A stretch of DNA of 28,021 nucleotides from Candidatus Calescibacterium sp. (lineage in GTDB: Bacteria; Calescibacteriota; Calescibacteriia; Calescibacteriales; Calescibacteriaceae): the NCBI GenBank assembly GCA_032249135.1, contig JAVVGL010000023.1:1-28021 (forward strand). Reading direction: 5' to 3'. The notes under the pieces are model-generated. The model was not told the DNA's origin. It saw nothing but the letters and a program-made list of their open reading frames with translations, and did not search any database. Of the stretch, positions 16,740-25,622 are shown piece by piece. Both the position numbers and the translations under genes were made by a program. Each line of letters opens with the position of its first letter. Position 1 is the stretch's first letter.

Positions 16740-18227
16740 TTATTCGCTATTTTTTATTTTTCGTTTTTGAACTTCTCCTCCATTCTCCCTCTCCTTATCT
16801 ATCCCATCTGAATATTTATTATTTGTATGTGATGAGTTAGTGCCATTCTCTTCTTTATTCTCTTCCTGTTTATACTTCTCTTTTTTCAGATGAAGGTAAT
16901 ATTTAATTTTTTCTTCCGAATAGCTTATTCTTGGGTGATAAAATTCAATTAGTGTTTCAATAGTTGCTGATTTTATTTTATTGAGTTGTTCAAGCGTTAT
17001 TGGAGCGTTGTCAAATTGCCTCATCTCCATCTTCTTTTCGATCACTCTCTCAACAATTTCCGCTATCTTATCAGAAGTTATTTCTTCAAGTGATCGCAAA
17101 GCTGCCTCACAAGAATCTGCTATCATTACTATAACAGTTTCAACGCTGCGCGGAGATGGTCCGGGGTATCTTACTTCAAAATTAGGATTCTCTTCCTCCG
17201 CAGCTTTGATGAAAAATTCAGGATAAGTTGTTCCATGATGTTCTCTTATAAAGTCTATTATTCTTTCTGGAATATTGTATGACCTTGCAAGTTTCACGCC
17301 ATCTTCAACATGCTTTATAATAACCTTTGAGCTCAAAGGAGGATTTATTTTGAGGTGTTTTTCTAACCCTTTCAGATTTTCTATAAAGTATGCAGGTCTT
17401 ATTATTTTTCCCACATCATGATAAAGAGCTGCACATCTTACAAGTTCTGCATTCACGCCTAACTTTTCCGCAACAGAAGAAGCAATATCAGCAACAAATA
17501 GTGAATGATGAAATGTTCCAGGTGCTCTCTTCCTCAGCTGAACTAAAAGCGGATTTTCAAAGTCTTGCAGATCAAAAAGATAAAATGGTGTAAGGATTCT
17601 GAAAGTTCTTTCTATAAAATATATCAAACCAACTGATATAAAGGGAGAAAATAAAGAAGAAAACAAAAAAAGGAAAGATTTAGAAAATCCATTTTCCAAT
17701 ATGAATATCAGAAAAGTTCCGCACAATCCGTAAAATACTCCAACTTTAAAAAGAGAAATTCTTCTTCTTGCCTTTTTGAGGGAAATTAATACGACAAAAG
17801 AGCAGATAAACCAAATAAAAGAAAGTGAAAAGTCTTTATGTATAAAATAAGAGACAAGTGAAACAAAAGATGATGTATAAATTGTTTTCTTCTCACCAAT
17901 AATGTAGAGCAGAACAGAAGGTAGAACGAAAAATGGTATGGCAAAAAGGAGAGAGTTTTGAGGGAAAAACTCAAAATCAATTCTGCTCTGAATTTTTGAG
18001 AAAAAATATACTACAAGCGAAAAAATCAAAAAAGTTAATAAGAAAACTATTTTCTCATTATCTTGAAATTCTCTTAAAATGAAAAAAGATGAGAGAAAAG
18101 AAATAAGAAACGCAAGCTTTATGTTCCTTATATTTCCATCAATATCAAAACTAAAAATAGAAAATATCGCAGATGACAATAAAATCAGGATAATATAAAA
18201 GTACCTCTGTAAAAATGATTTTATCAT
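16740..18227 (-). CDS. Membrane-bound HDIG/HD phosphodiesterase (PgpH-like)
   Basis: Multiple TM helices, then APGTFHHS, YHDVGK...FIEN, EHHGT, YPGPSP and IADSCEAA. Confidence 0.88.
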   Translation of the reverse strand: MIKSFLQRYFYIILILLSSAIFSIFSFDIDGNIRNIKLAFLISFLSSFFILREFQDNEKIVFLLTFLIFSLVVYFFSKIQSRIDFEFFPQNSLLFAIPFFVLPSVLLYIIGEKKTIYTSSFVSLVSYFIHKDFSLSFIWFICSFVVLISLKKARRRISLFKVGVFYGLCGTFLIFILENGFSKSFLFLFSSLFSPFISVGLIYFIERTFRILTPFYLFDLQDFENPLLVQLRKRAPGTFHHSLFVADIASSVAEKLGVNAELVRCAALYHDVGKIIRPAYFIENLKGLEKHLKINPPLSSKVIIKHVEDGVKLARSYNIPERIIDFIREHHGTTYPEFFIKAAEEENPNFEVRYPGPSPRSVETVIVMIADSCEAALRSLEEITSDKIAEIVERVIEKKMEMRQFDNAPITLEQLNKIKSATIETLIEFYHPRISYSEEKIKYYLHLKKEKYKQEENKEENGTNSSHTNNKYSDGIDKERENGGEVQKRKIKNSE

Positions 18228-18422
18228 AAAATTTGAAAAATATATTTTAAAACATGAAGAAAAAAGAAAAGAAAAATAAAAAAAAGATAAGGGAAAAATA
18301 AAAAGATAAAGGAAAAATAGGAAAATACCCCAACAGAAAAATTGCTAAGATTTCCGTATCGTTTTGAAATATCTATATCGTTATTATTCTAAACTTATTT
18401 TTTAAAGGGAGGTTGGCAGAAT

Positions 18423-19025
18423 ATGTTAGAGATATTTGTAGCAACGCAAAATATTGGTAAGCAAAAAGAAATAAGAGAAATATTGAAAATAATATCAAAA
18501 GATATAAAGAGAGAAATAATACCTATTTTTCCATCTGAAAAGGAAAAAGTCCCAGAGGAAGGAAAAACTTATTTTGAGAACGCATACTCAAAAGCTATAT
18601 GGTGGATTGAAAATAAAAAAGTAAATATTCCTGTCCTTTCAGAAGATTCAGGTCTTGAAATTTTTGCTCTCGGAAAATATCCCGGTGTAGCATCTTCTAT
18701 TGTACCGCACAGAGATTCAACAGATAAAGATAGGTGTCTTTTCATTTTACAGAAAATGAAAGGAATATCTAAAAGGGACGCAAGATATGTATCCTGGGTT
18801 GTCTTAGTTTTACCCCAAGAAAAATACTGGATAGCAGATTACGGTGAAACTTATGGAATAATAATAGATGAGTTAAGGGGTGAGAATGGATTTGGTTATG
18901 ATCCAATCTTTTTTTCAAATGACCTCCAAAAAACTTTCGGAGAAGCAAAACCGGAAGAAAAGAACCTTGTATCACACAGAATGAGAGCTATTTCAAAACT
19001 TAAAAAAGTTTTTGAAAAGCTCTGA
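18423..19025 (+). CDS. rdgB: Non-canonical purine NTP pyrophosphatase (RdgB/HAM1)
   Basis: ATQNIGK, ENAYSKA, EDSGL, GFGYDPIF and KNLVSHR. Confidence 0.92.
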   Translation: MLEIFVATQNIGKQKEIREILKIISKDIKREIIPIFPSEKEKVPEEGKTYFENAYSKAIWWIENKKVNIPVLSEDSGLEIFALGKYPGVASSIVPHRDSTDKDRCLFILQKMKGISKRDARYVSWVVLVLPQEKYWIADYGETYGIIIDELRGENGFGYDPIFFSNDLQKTFGEAKPEEKNLVSHRMRAISKLKKVFEKL

Positions 19026-19076
19026 TAAAGAGAATAGAAAAGCTTTAATCAAAAACAGGAAATGAAAAATTAAGGG

Positions 19077-19634
19077 ATGAAAAAAATAAGGACATTCATA
19101 GGAATAAAAATTCCAGATAAAATATCTTCAGAAATATTCAATTTCAGTTCAAAAAAGTTCAAAAGTATAGGAGGGAAGGTAAAACTTGTAGAGAAAGAAA
19201 ACATACACATAACTTTGCTATTTTTGGGAGAGGTAGAAAATGACAAAATAAATCAGATAATAGACGAGCTAAAAAAAATAAAATATGAAAGTTTCATAGT
19301 TTCTGTAAGAGGTGTAGGGGCTTTTCCATCGCCTGAATTTCCAAAAGTCGTATGGATAGGAGCAGAAAGCGATAAAATAATCAAACTTCACGAAGAAATA
19401 AAAAATCGCCTCAAAGAATTTGTGGAAAAAGATGAATCAAAACCATTCACATCTCACATAACAATAGCGAGAATAAAATCGGAAAATATTTCAAATGAGG
19501 TGAGAAAAATTTTGAGTGAAAATAAAGATATAGAATTTGGGAAATTCCAAGTAAATGAATTTTCTTTGTTTGAAAGCAAACTCACCCCTCAAGGTCCGAT
19601 ATACAGAATAATAGAATCCTTTAAGTTAGACTAA
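19077..19634 (+). CDS. thpR: RNA 2',3'-cyclic phosphodiesterase (2H family)
   Basis: RTFIGI, two HxT motifs (HITL, HITI) and SKLTPQGPIY. Confidence 0.93.
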   Translation: MKKIRTFIGIKIPDKISSEIFNFSSKKFKSIGGKVKLVEKENIHITLLFLGEVENDKINQIIDELKKIKYESFIVSVRGVGAFPSPEFPKVVWIGAESDKIIKLHEEIKNRLKEFVEKDESKPFTSHITIARIKSENISNEVRKILSENKDIEFGKFQVNEFSLFESKLTPQGPIYRIIESFKLD

Positions 19635-19674
19635 ACAAGTTAGATTTAGTTAGTTAGATAATTTTATATTAGAG

Positions 19675-20331
19675 TTAAAGTAAGTTTTCTGGTTCTGTAT
19701 ATATAGCAGTAATTATTGGAGTATCGCGGAGTGTAAATTTCCTTGCAAGTGTTCCCCTCAACTCCATAACAAGGTCCTGAAAGACTTTGAGATCGTCTGT
19801 CTCGTACGCAACTATAAATTCTTGGTCATCTATTCCAAAAGAATAAGCAAGAAGCTGTTTTACCTCCTTGTATTTATTCCCTACCCTTATGTGTTCCATC
19901 ATCATCTCTTTTCTTTTTTCAAACTCTGTAAGATACCATTCCGAGGTTTTGACGAAAGGATAAACTACAAGATACTTTTTTCTCTTTGTATTGCCTATAA
20001 TGGCATAATCTTCAACTGGTATTCTTGAACTATATTGAGATTTTCTTATTATCCCAGAAAAAATATTTGAAATTGAACTTCTAATTCCCAATGATGTTCT
20101 CATAATAGCTGAGACTCTTTTTGCAAGCTTGTCAAATTCTCTGTGCATGTGGAAAATAAGAATATTACAATCTTTCCTTATACCATCAGTTGAGTATGTA
20201 GTCGTAAAGAATTCTTCTGATATAAGCGAAGATATAAACTCTTTTTTTTCATCTTCGGTATATTTTCGTGGAGTTTGAATACATATAAACTGGACAAACA
20301 TTCCGTCAATTTCTTCTTGTGATTTGAACAT
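19675..20331 (-). CDS. Chlorite dismutase-family heme protein (coproheme decarboxylase ChdC/HemQ-like)
   Basis: YPFVKTSEWY, MMMEHIRVG (proximal His), SFGIDDQEF and LVMELR. Start uncertain (ATG 20331 chosen). Confidence 0.8.
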   Translation of the reverse strand: MFKSQEEIDGMFVQFICIQTPRKYTEDEKKEFISSLISEEFFTTTYSTDGIRKDCNILIFHMHREFDKLAKRVSAIMRTSLGIRSSISNIFSGIIRKSQYSSRIPVEDYAIIGNTKRKKYLVVYPFVKTSEWYLTEFEKRKEMMMEHIRVGNKYKEVKQLLAYSFGIDDQEFIVAYETDDLKVFQDLVMELRGTLARKFTLRDTPIITAIYTEPENLL

Positions 20332-20428
20332 ATCAAGGAAAAAAATAAGAATTTTCAAAAGCAAATAAAGATTTTCAGAAATAACACAAATTAAGGTATC
20401 CTCAATAATTCAAGATAAGTTCAAGAAA

Positions 20429-21460
20429 TCATAGTGTTTGTTGTTGCAAACGCTTGAGCTCTTGCTCCCTGTCTCTGGTTCGTTTTACCCCTTCCTTACA
20501 CCATTTATCATCAAATTCTTTTACGCAGCTTTCATAAGATTGCAGAGCAGAACTTGTATCATCTTTTACTTCATAATAAACCCCAAGATTATACAAAGCT
20601 GCAAGTCGGTCTTCACGAGAGTATTTTTCTGGGTTATCTAAAACCTTCTTCCATATTTGGGCTGCTGATTCTAAATTTCCTTTCTCTGCAAGCTTTACAG
20701 CTTCTTTCAATTCCTTTGAATCCCCCTTACGCAATTTTCTTTTTACAGTTTCATAGTATGGTAATATTTCGCGCATAACATTTTGTACAAGACTAACAAT
20801 CATTTTCTCTCCAACTTTTGTCCAGTTTTCAAATTTCTTTGCGGCATCCATAGGAGAAGAACCTCTCTGAATTTCTACTTCCTTTTTTCTATGAGAGCTT
20901 GATCCTATAACTACACCATCATCTTGTCTTACCAGATTATAAATCAATTCCATCTCATATGATCGCACCACCTCGTAATAAACCTCTTTCCTAACAGTAT
21001 TTCCTTCCCTTATCTCCTCCTCCTTTCTTTCGCTCCGATCCTGAACATAAAAGCTACCTGAAAAATCTATTCTGTATTTTGCTCCCTGAAACTTATATGA
21101 GCCGAATTTATTGTTAGCAATTTCACTTTGCATAGTTGCTTCAAGTTTTCTGCGTAGATCTTCTGATCCGAAATATGCCTGAACCATTTCCGCAGTCATT
21201 CCCACGATCTCTCCTAAAATACCGCCTCCTTCTGGTTTAACAAGATCAAGCTTGGGTGATATTTTTACCTGTCCTAAAACAAAACTCGGATCCTTTCCTA
21301 TATCAAATTTAGCTGGTTTGAGTTGTTGAAACTTTATAGACGGCGCACAAGAGACAAAAACAAAACTACCTAAAAACAGTGAAAAAAACAATCCAGCGGG
21401 AAAAAACCAGAACGCAAAAAAATTCTTAATACCAATGTTCAAGTTTTTTTGATTTTCCAT
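20429..21460 (-). CDS. Lipoprotein with C-terminal TPR repeats
   Basis: Hydrophobic signal with FVSC lipobox; AALYNLGVYYE TPR helix; GAGGAGG RBS. Confidence 0.75.
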   Translation of the reverse strand: MENQKNLNIGIKNFFAFWFFPAGLFFSLFLGSFVFVSCAPSIKFQQLKPAKFDIGKDPSFVLGQVKISPKLDLVKPEGGGILGEIVGMTAEMVQAYFGSEDLRRKLEATMQSEIANNKFGSYKFQGAKYRIDFSGSFYVQDRSERKEEEIREGNTVRKEVYYEVVRSYEMELIYNLVRQDDGVVIGSSSHRKKEVEIQRGSSPMDAAKKFENWTKVGEKMIVSLVQNVMREILPYYETVKRKLRKGDSKELKEAVKLAEKGNLESAAQIWKKVLDNPEKYSREDRLAALYNLGVYYEVKDDTSSALQSYESCVKEFDDKWCKEGVKRTRDREQELKRLQQQTL

Positions 21461-21556
21461 CTACCTATACCTCCTCTCTGAATGCATCGTAGTACGCTAT
21501 AATTTAAAATATATGCATAACTTTAATAAAACTCAACTTCTTTTCACCTGATAATC

Positions 21557-21600
21557 ATTATGCATCAAATTTTTCAAGATTATGCACCAAATTTTTCAAG
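21557..21600. repeat. 22-bp tandem duplication covering the apgM 3' end and stop codon
   Basis: ATTATGCATCAAATTTTTCAAG / ATTATGCACCAAATTTTTCAAG, one mismatch. Confidence 0.9.
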
Positions 21601-22815
21601 CCGTCCTGCGTGAGCCAAAAGCAAAGGCATAATATGAACAGCATATATCAAGCCTAAACTACCATATCTACAATCTCTTTCTGTAAATCGTCCTGAACCA
21701 TCTTTGAAAGCTCTTTTTGACCATATCATGATTGGAACTGGATGAAAAGAATGTCCAGCCAGAGCGGAAGGAGAAGAATGGTCTCCTGTTATAGCCAAAA
21801 CTTCCGGGTTCAAAGATAATATTTCAGGTATTATTGAATCAAACTCCTCTATTGCTTTAACCTTTCCCTCAAAATCACCATCCTCACCCCGTGAATCTGT
21901 CTTTTTAAAATGGAAATAAAAGAAGTCATATTTTTCAAAGTTATTTTTCAGAGCTTTTATTTGGGAATCAATATTTTCCCCATCAAGCTCAGCAACATCC
22001 ATACCTAAAATTTTTGCTATTCCTCTATACATAGGATAAGTAGCTATCGCAAGAGCTTTGAGCTTCCATCTTTTTTCAAAACTTTCTATATCTGGTGACT
22101 TTGAAAAGCCACGAAGCAAAATACACTGAGCATACTCGTTGTTCTTTAAAACCTCAAAAATTTTAAAAGTTAGTTTTTCAACAATATCGGCTGTTCTTCT
22201 TTTTTCATAAGTGTCTTCTCCCAAAATTTGAGGACGCCTTATATACTCACCTTCTTTTTGAGGATCTGTATCTCCAATTTCATCAGAGAGACCTTTTCCC
22301 TTCAAAGATATACAGACTCTATGCTCTTTTACAGGATAAAACTTAACTTCAACATCTTCTATCATCTTTATTTTTTCTGAAAGTATTGAGCATAAATTTT
22401 TGTTTATCTCTGTTGAAATCCTCCCTGCTCTTCTATCTAAAACTTTTATTTTTCCATCATCTTCTGAACACTTTGCAAAATTACCCCTTGCAACAATCTC
22501 GTCAGTGGATGGAGTAATACCTATTCCAAGAGCTTCCATAATACCTCTTTTTATTATGTTTTTTACGGGATCATAACCAAATAATGCAAGGTGTGATGGT
22601 CCTGAGCCAGGAGTTACTCCGAACTCAACTGGGATGTGCAATCCCTTTGCTGACTCTTTTGCGAGTCTATCAAGGTTTGGAGTTTTTGCAGCTTCCAGTT
22701 CAGTTTTTCCTCCATAATATGGGATTCCTCCGAGACCATCAAGAACAACGAAGATTATCTTTCCTCCATCAGCTTTTATAATATCACCAAATGTTTTTGG
22801 AAAATCGTATAGCAT
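21580..22815 (-). CDS. apgM: 2,3-bisphosphoglycerate-independent phosphoglycerate mutase (ApgM type)
   Basis: VLDGLGG, TPNLD, TPGSGPSHLALFGYDP, DRRAGRI, TGDHSSP and GHSFHPVP. Start uncertain (ATG 22815 or TTG 22833). Confidence 0.93.
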   Translation of the reverse strand: MLYDFPKTFGDIIKADGGKIIFVVLDGLGGIPYYGGKTELEAAKTPNLDRLAKESAKGLHIPVEFGVTPGSGPSHLALFGYDPVKNIIKRGIMEALGIGITPSTDEIVARGNFAKCSEDDGKIKVLDRRAGRISTEINKNLCSILSEKIKMIEDVEVKFYPVKEHRVCISLKGKGLSDEIGDTDPQKEGEYIRRPQILGEDTYEKRRTADIVEKLTFKIFEVLKNNEYAQCILLRGFSKSPDIESFEKRWKLKALAIATYPMYRGIAKILGMDVAELDGENIDSQIKALKNNFEKYDFFYFHFKKTDSRGEDGDFEGKVKAIEEFDSIIPEILSLNPEVLAITGDHSSPSALAGHSFHPVPIMIWSKRAFKDGSGRFTERDCRYGSLGLIYAVHIMPLLLAHAGRLEKFGA

Positions 22816-22914
22816 AAAGGAAATTTTATTCAAGAAAAAAATAAATTACCGAAAGAAAAGAAAAAATTATGGAACATAAAACTTTTAACAGCAGACTATT
22901 AAATTTTTCAATTT

Positions 22915-23733
22915 ATGCTCATACTTTTGACGAACGACGATGGAATAGATTCTCCCGGGCTTTTAGCTATAAAAAAAGAGTTAGAGAAGTTAGGAGAAGT
23001 TTGGGCATTTGCTACATGGGAAGATAAATCTGGCTCGGGTCATTCTATAACTATAACACAGGCAATAAGAGTTGCAAAAGTTGGAGACAGAACTTTCAAG
23101 GTAGATGGGACACCTGCTGACTGCGTCAACATAGCCGTAAACGGTATCCTTGAAGATATTCCAGATGTTGTTGTTTCAGGAATAAATCTTGGAGAAAATG
23201 TAGGAGATTATATACTGTATTCTGGAACATTCGGCGGAGCGATGGAAGGAGCTTTGCTTGGAATAACCTCTTTTGCGGTTTCTGCAAGGGCAAAAGAAGG
23301 AAGGACAGGAGATTTAGAAGTTATAGCAAAGATGACACGCAAAATGATAGAATTTTTTCTTGAAAATCCACCTCCAAAGAGAGTTGTTATAAACATAAAT
23401 TTCCCTTTTTTCAGACACCCAAAAGAGATAAAAGGAATAAAATTTGGCAAGTTATCACGGGCAGCTTACGGGGAGCGAGCAATACATTTTCGGGACCCAC
23501 GTGGGATGGATTTTTGGTTTTTGAGCTCAAAAGAACTCAAAGTAGATTCTGATGGAGTTGAAAATTTGAAGGAACTTGATTATTTCATTTTGGAAGATGG
23601 GTTTATATGTATAACTCCTGTTAAAATAGAGCTTCCTATTTTAAATATTTTTGATGAAAAAGAGCTTTCTACGCTTTCAAGTTTAGTTATGAAAGAAGCA
23701 TCTCTGTTGGAGGTGAACCGGGAGGAACCATAG
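22915..23733 (+). CDS. surE: 5'/3'-nucleotidase SurE
   Basis: ILLTNDDG, GTPADCV, VVSGINLGEN and YSGT. Confidence 0.95.
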   Translation: MLILLTNDDGIDSPGLLAIKKELEKLGEVWAFATWEDKSGSGHSITITQAIRVAKVGDRTFKVDGTPADCVNIAVNGILEDIPDVVVSGINLGENVGDYILYSGTFGGAMEGALLGITSFAVSARAKEGRTGDLEVIAKMTRKMIEFFLENPPPKRVVININFPFFRHPKEIKGIKFGKLSRAAYGERAIHFRDPRGMDFWFLSSKELKVDSDGVENLKELDYFILEDGFICITPVKIELPILNIFDEKELSTLSSLVMKEASLLEVNREEP

Positions 23734-25432
23734 GATAAACATCTTCTTCTGGATCAACTTTCACATCTATTATTACCGGGATATCCTCTGGTTCTTCAAA
23801 TATAGCTTTTTTTAGCTTTTCTTTGAGCTCAGATGGATGCTCTATTTTGTAGCCTATTGCTCCAAAAGCTTCTGCGAGTTTTTTGTAGTCTGGTTGAACT
23901 CGAAACCGGGATGCCGCATATCTTCCTCCATAAAACTTTCTCTGCCACTGTGCGACCATCCCGTGTCCTCCATTATTGAAAATTATTACTCTAACTCCCA
24001 CTTTCTCTTCCACTGCTGTGGCAAGTTCTTGCATATTCATCTGGAAACTTCCGTCTCCTGCGAAACATATAACAAGTTTTGAAGGTTTTGCAATTTTTGC
24101 TCCTATTGCTGCGGGGAATCCAAAACCCATAGTACCAAGTCCACCTGATGTTATCCATGTTCTTGGTTCTCTTATTTTGTAGTACTGAGCTGCCCACATC
24201 TGGTGCTGCCCAACATCTGTTGTTATTATCACACTTTCATTTTTTGTGAGCTCATAAGTTGTTTCTATTAGTTCCTGGGGCTTTATTATGTTTTGAGATT
24301 TCTGGTATGTGAGAGGAAATTTTTTCTGCCACTCTCTTATTTTCATCCACCAAGGCTCAATCCTTTCTCTGAATTTTTTTATCTCAGATTTTGGAACTTC
24401 ACTTTTTATTATTTGAATCATTTTTTTAAGTACATTTTTTGCATCTCCAACAATTGGTATGTCTATATCTATGTTCTTTGATATTGAGGCTGGATCTATA
24501 TCTATATGTATTATTTTTGCGAGCGGGGCAAAATATTCTACATTTCCTGTAACTCTGTCATCAAATCTTGCACCTACTGCGAGAATCAAGTCTGAGTTGT
24601 TTATTGCCATGTTAGCTGTGTAAGTTCCGTGCATTCCAAGCATGCCTAAAAATTCCGGTCTTGTTCCATCAAATCCACCAAGTCCCATAAGAGTTAAAGT
24701 TACTGGAATTCCAAGAATATCTACGAGCTCTTCAAGTTCTTCATGAGCTCCCGATGCTATTATTCCGCCCCCTCCATATATTATCGGTTTTTCGGATTTG
24801 AGCAAAGTCTCTACTGCAATTCTTATTTGCTTTTCATTTCCTTCGTACTTGAATTTTTCTGGTATATTGATTTTCTCTGGGAAAATAAATTCTGTTTCAG
24901 CAGTTATAACATCTTTTGGCAGATCTACTACAACTGGACCTGGTCTTCCCATCTGACATATCTGATACGCTTTTATAAGTTCGTGTGAGAGCATTTCTGT
25001 TTTGGTTACTACTACATTGTATTTTGTTATTGGACGCGTTATGCCAACAGAATCTGTTTCCTGGAAAGCGTCATTCCCCATAAAGTAGGTTGGAACTTGT
25101 CCGGTCATTACAAATAAAGGAACAGAATCCATATAAGCGTCTGCAATCCCGGTTACTGTATTAGTAGCTCCGGGACCTGATGTTACCAGAACTACCCCTG
25201 GTTTACCTGATGCTTTTGCGTATCCTTCCGCCATATGAGTTGCACCTTGCTCATGCCTTACAAGAATATGCCTTATTTTTCCGTCTTTGATAAGTTCGTC
25301 ATAAAGCAAAAGGACAACCCCTCCTGGCAGACCGAATATAGTGTCTATTCCAAGTCTTTTGAGAGTTTCAACTATTATTTTAGCTCCCGTCATTCTTTGA
25401 GCTTCTATTTTAATTTTTCTGGCTCCTGCCAT
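23687..25432 (-). CDS. ilvB: Acetolactate synthase large subunit
   Basis: RHEQGA, TSGPGATN, DAFQE, GMHG, RFDDRVTG, DVGQHQMWAAQ, GDGSFQMN and VYPMVP. Confidence 0.97.
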   Translation of the reverse strand: MAGARKIKIEAQRMTGAKIIVETLKRLGIDTIFGLPGGVVLLLYDELIKDGKIRHILVRHEQGATHMAEGYAKASGKPGVVLVTSGPGATNTVTGIADAYMDSVPLFVMTGQVPTYFMGNDAFQETDSVGITRPITKYNVVVTKTEMLSHELIKAYQICQMGRPGPVVVDLPKDVITAETEFIFPEKINIPEKFKYEGNEKQIRIAVETLLKSEKPIIYGGGGIIASGAHEELEELVDILGIPVTLTLMGLGGFDGTRPEFLGMLGMHGTYTANMAINNSDLILAVGARFDDRVTGNVEYFAPLAKIIHIDIDPASISKNIDIDIPIVGDAKNVLKKMIQIIKSEVPKSEIKKFRERIEPWWMKIREWQKKFPLTYQKSQNIIKPQELIETTYELTKNESVIITTDVGQHQMWAAQYYKIREPRTWITSGGLGTMGFGFPAAIGAKIAKPSKLVICFAGDGSFQMNMQELATAVEEKVGVRVIIFNNGGHGMVAQWQRKFYGGRYAASRFRVQPDYKKLAEAFGAIGYKIEHPSELKEKLKKAIFEEPEDIPVIIDVKVDPEEDVYPMVPPGSPPTEMLLS

Positions 25433-25440
25433 ATCACTTT

Positions 25441-25469
25441 AATTTACTCATTTTTCTGTCCTGTATGAA
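25441..25469 (-). promoter_or_regulatory. Candidate leaderless promoter of ilvB
   Basis: Minus strand TTCATA-17 nt-TAAATT, then 8 nt to the ATG; no SD sequence. Confidence 0.4.
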
Positions 25470-25622
25470 ATTCTTAGCAATTTATCTCCTATTTTACCAA
25501 TTTATCCTCTATTTTCCTACTTCCGTATCATTTCCGAGACATCTGAAATTTTAAAATCTAATGATTTGCCATTTGAGTTATCTGATTTGAATTATCTGAA
25601 TTAGTCCGAACTTTCTAATTCC

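Noticed and set aside
25598..25621. GAATTAG-N10-CTAATTC hairpin after aroE as a terminator
   Set aside because: The stem is weak and AT-rich, the loop is large and there is no U-tract on the coding strand.
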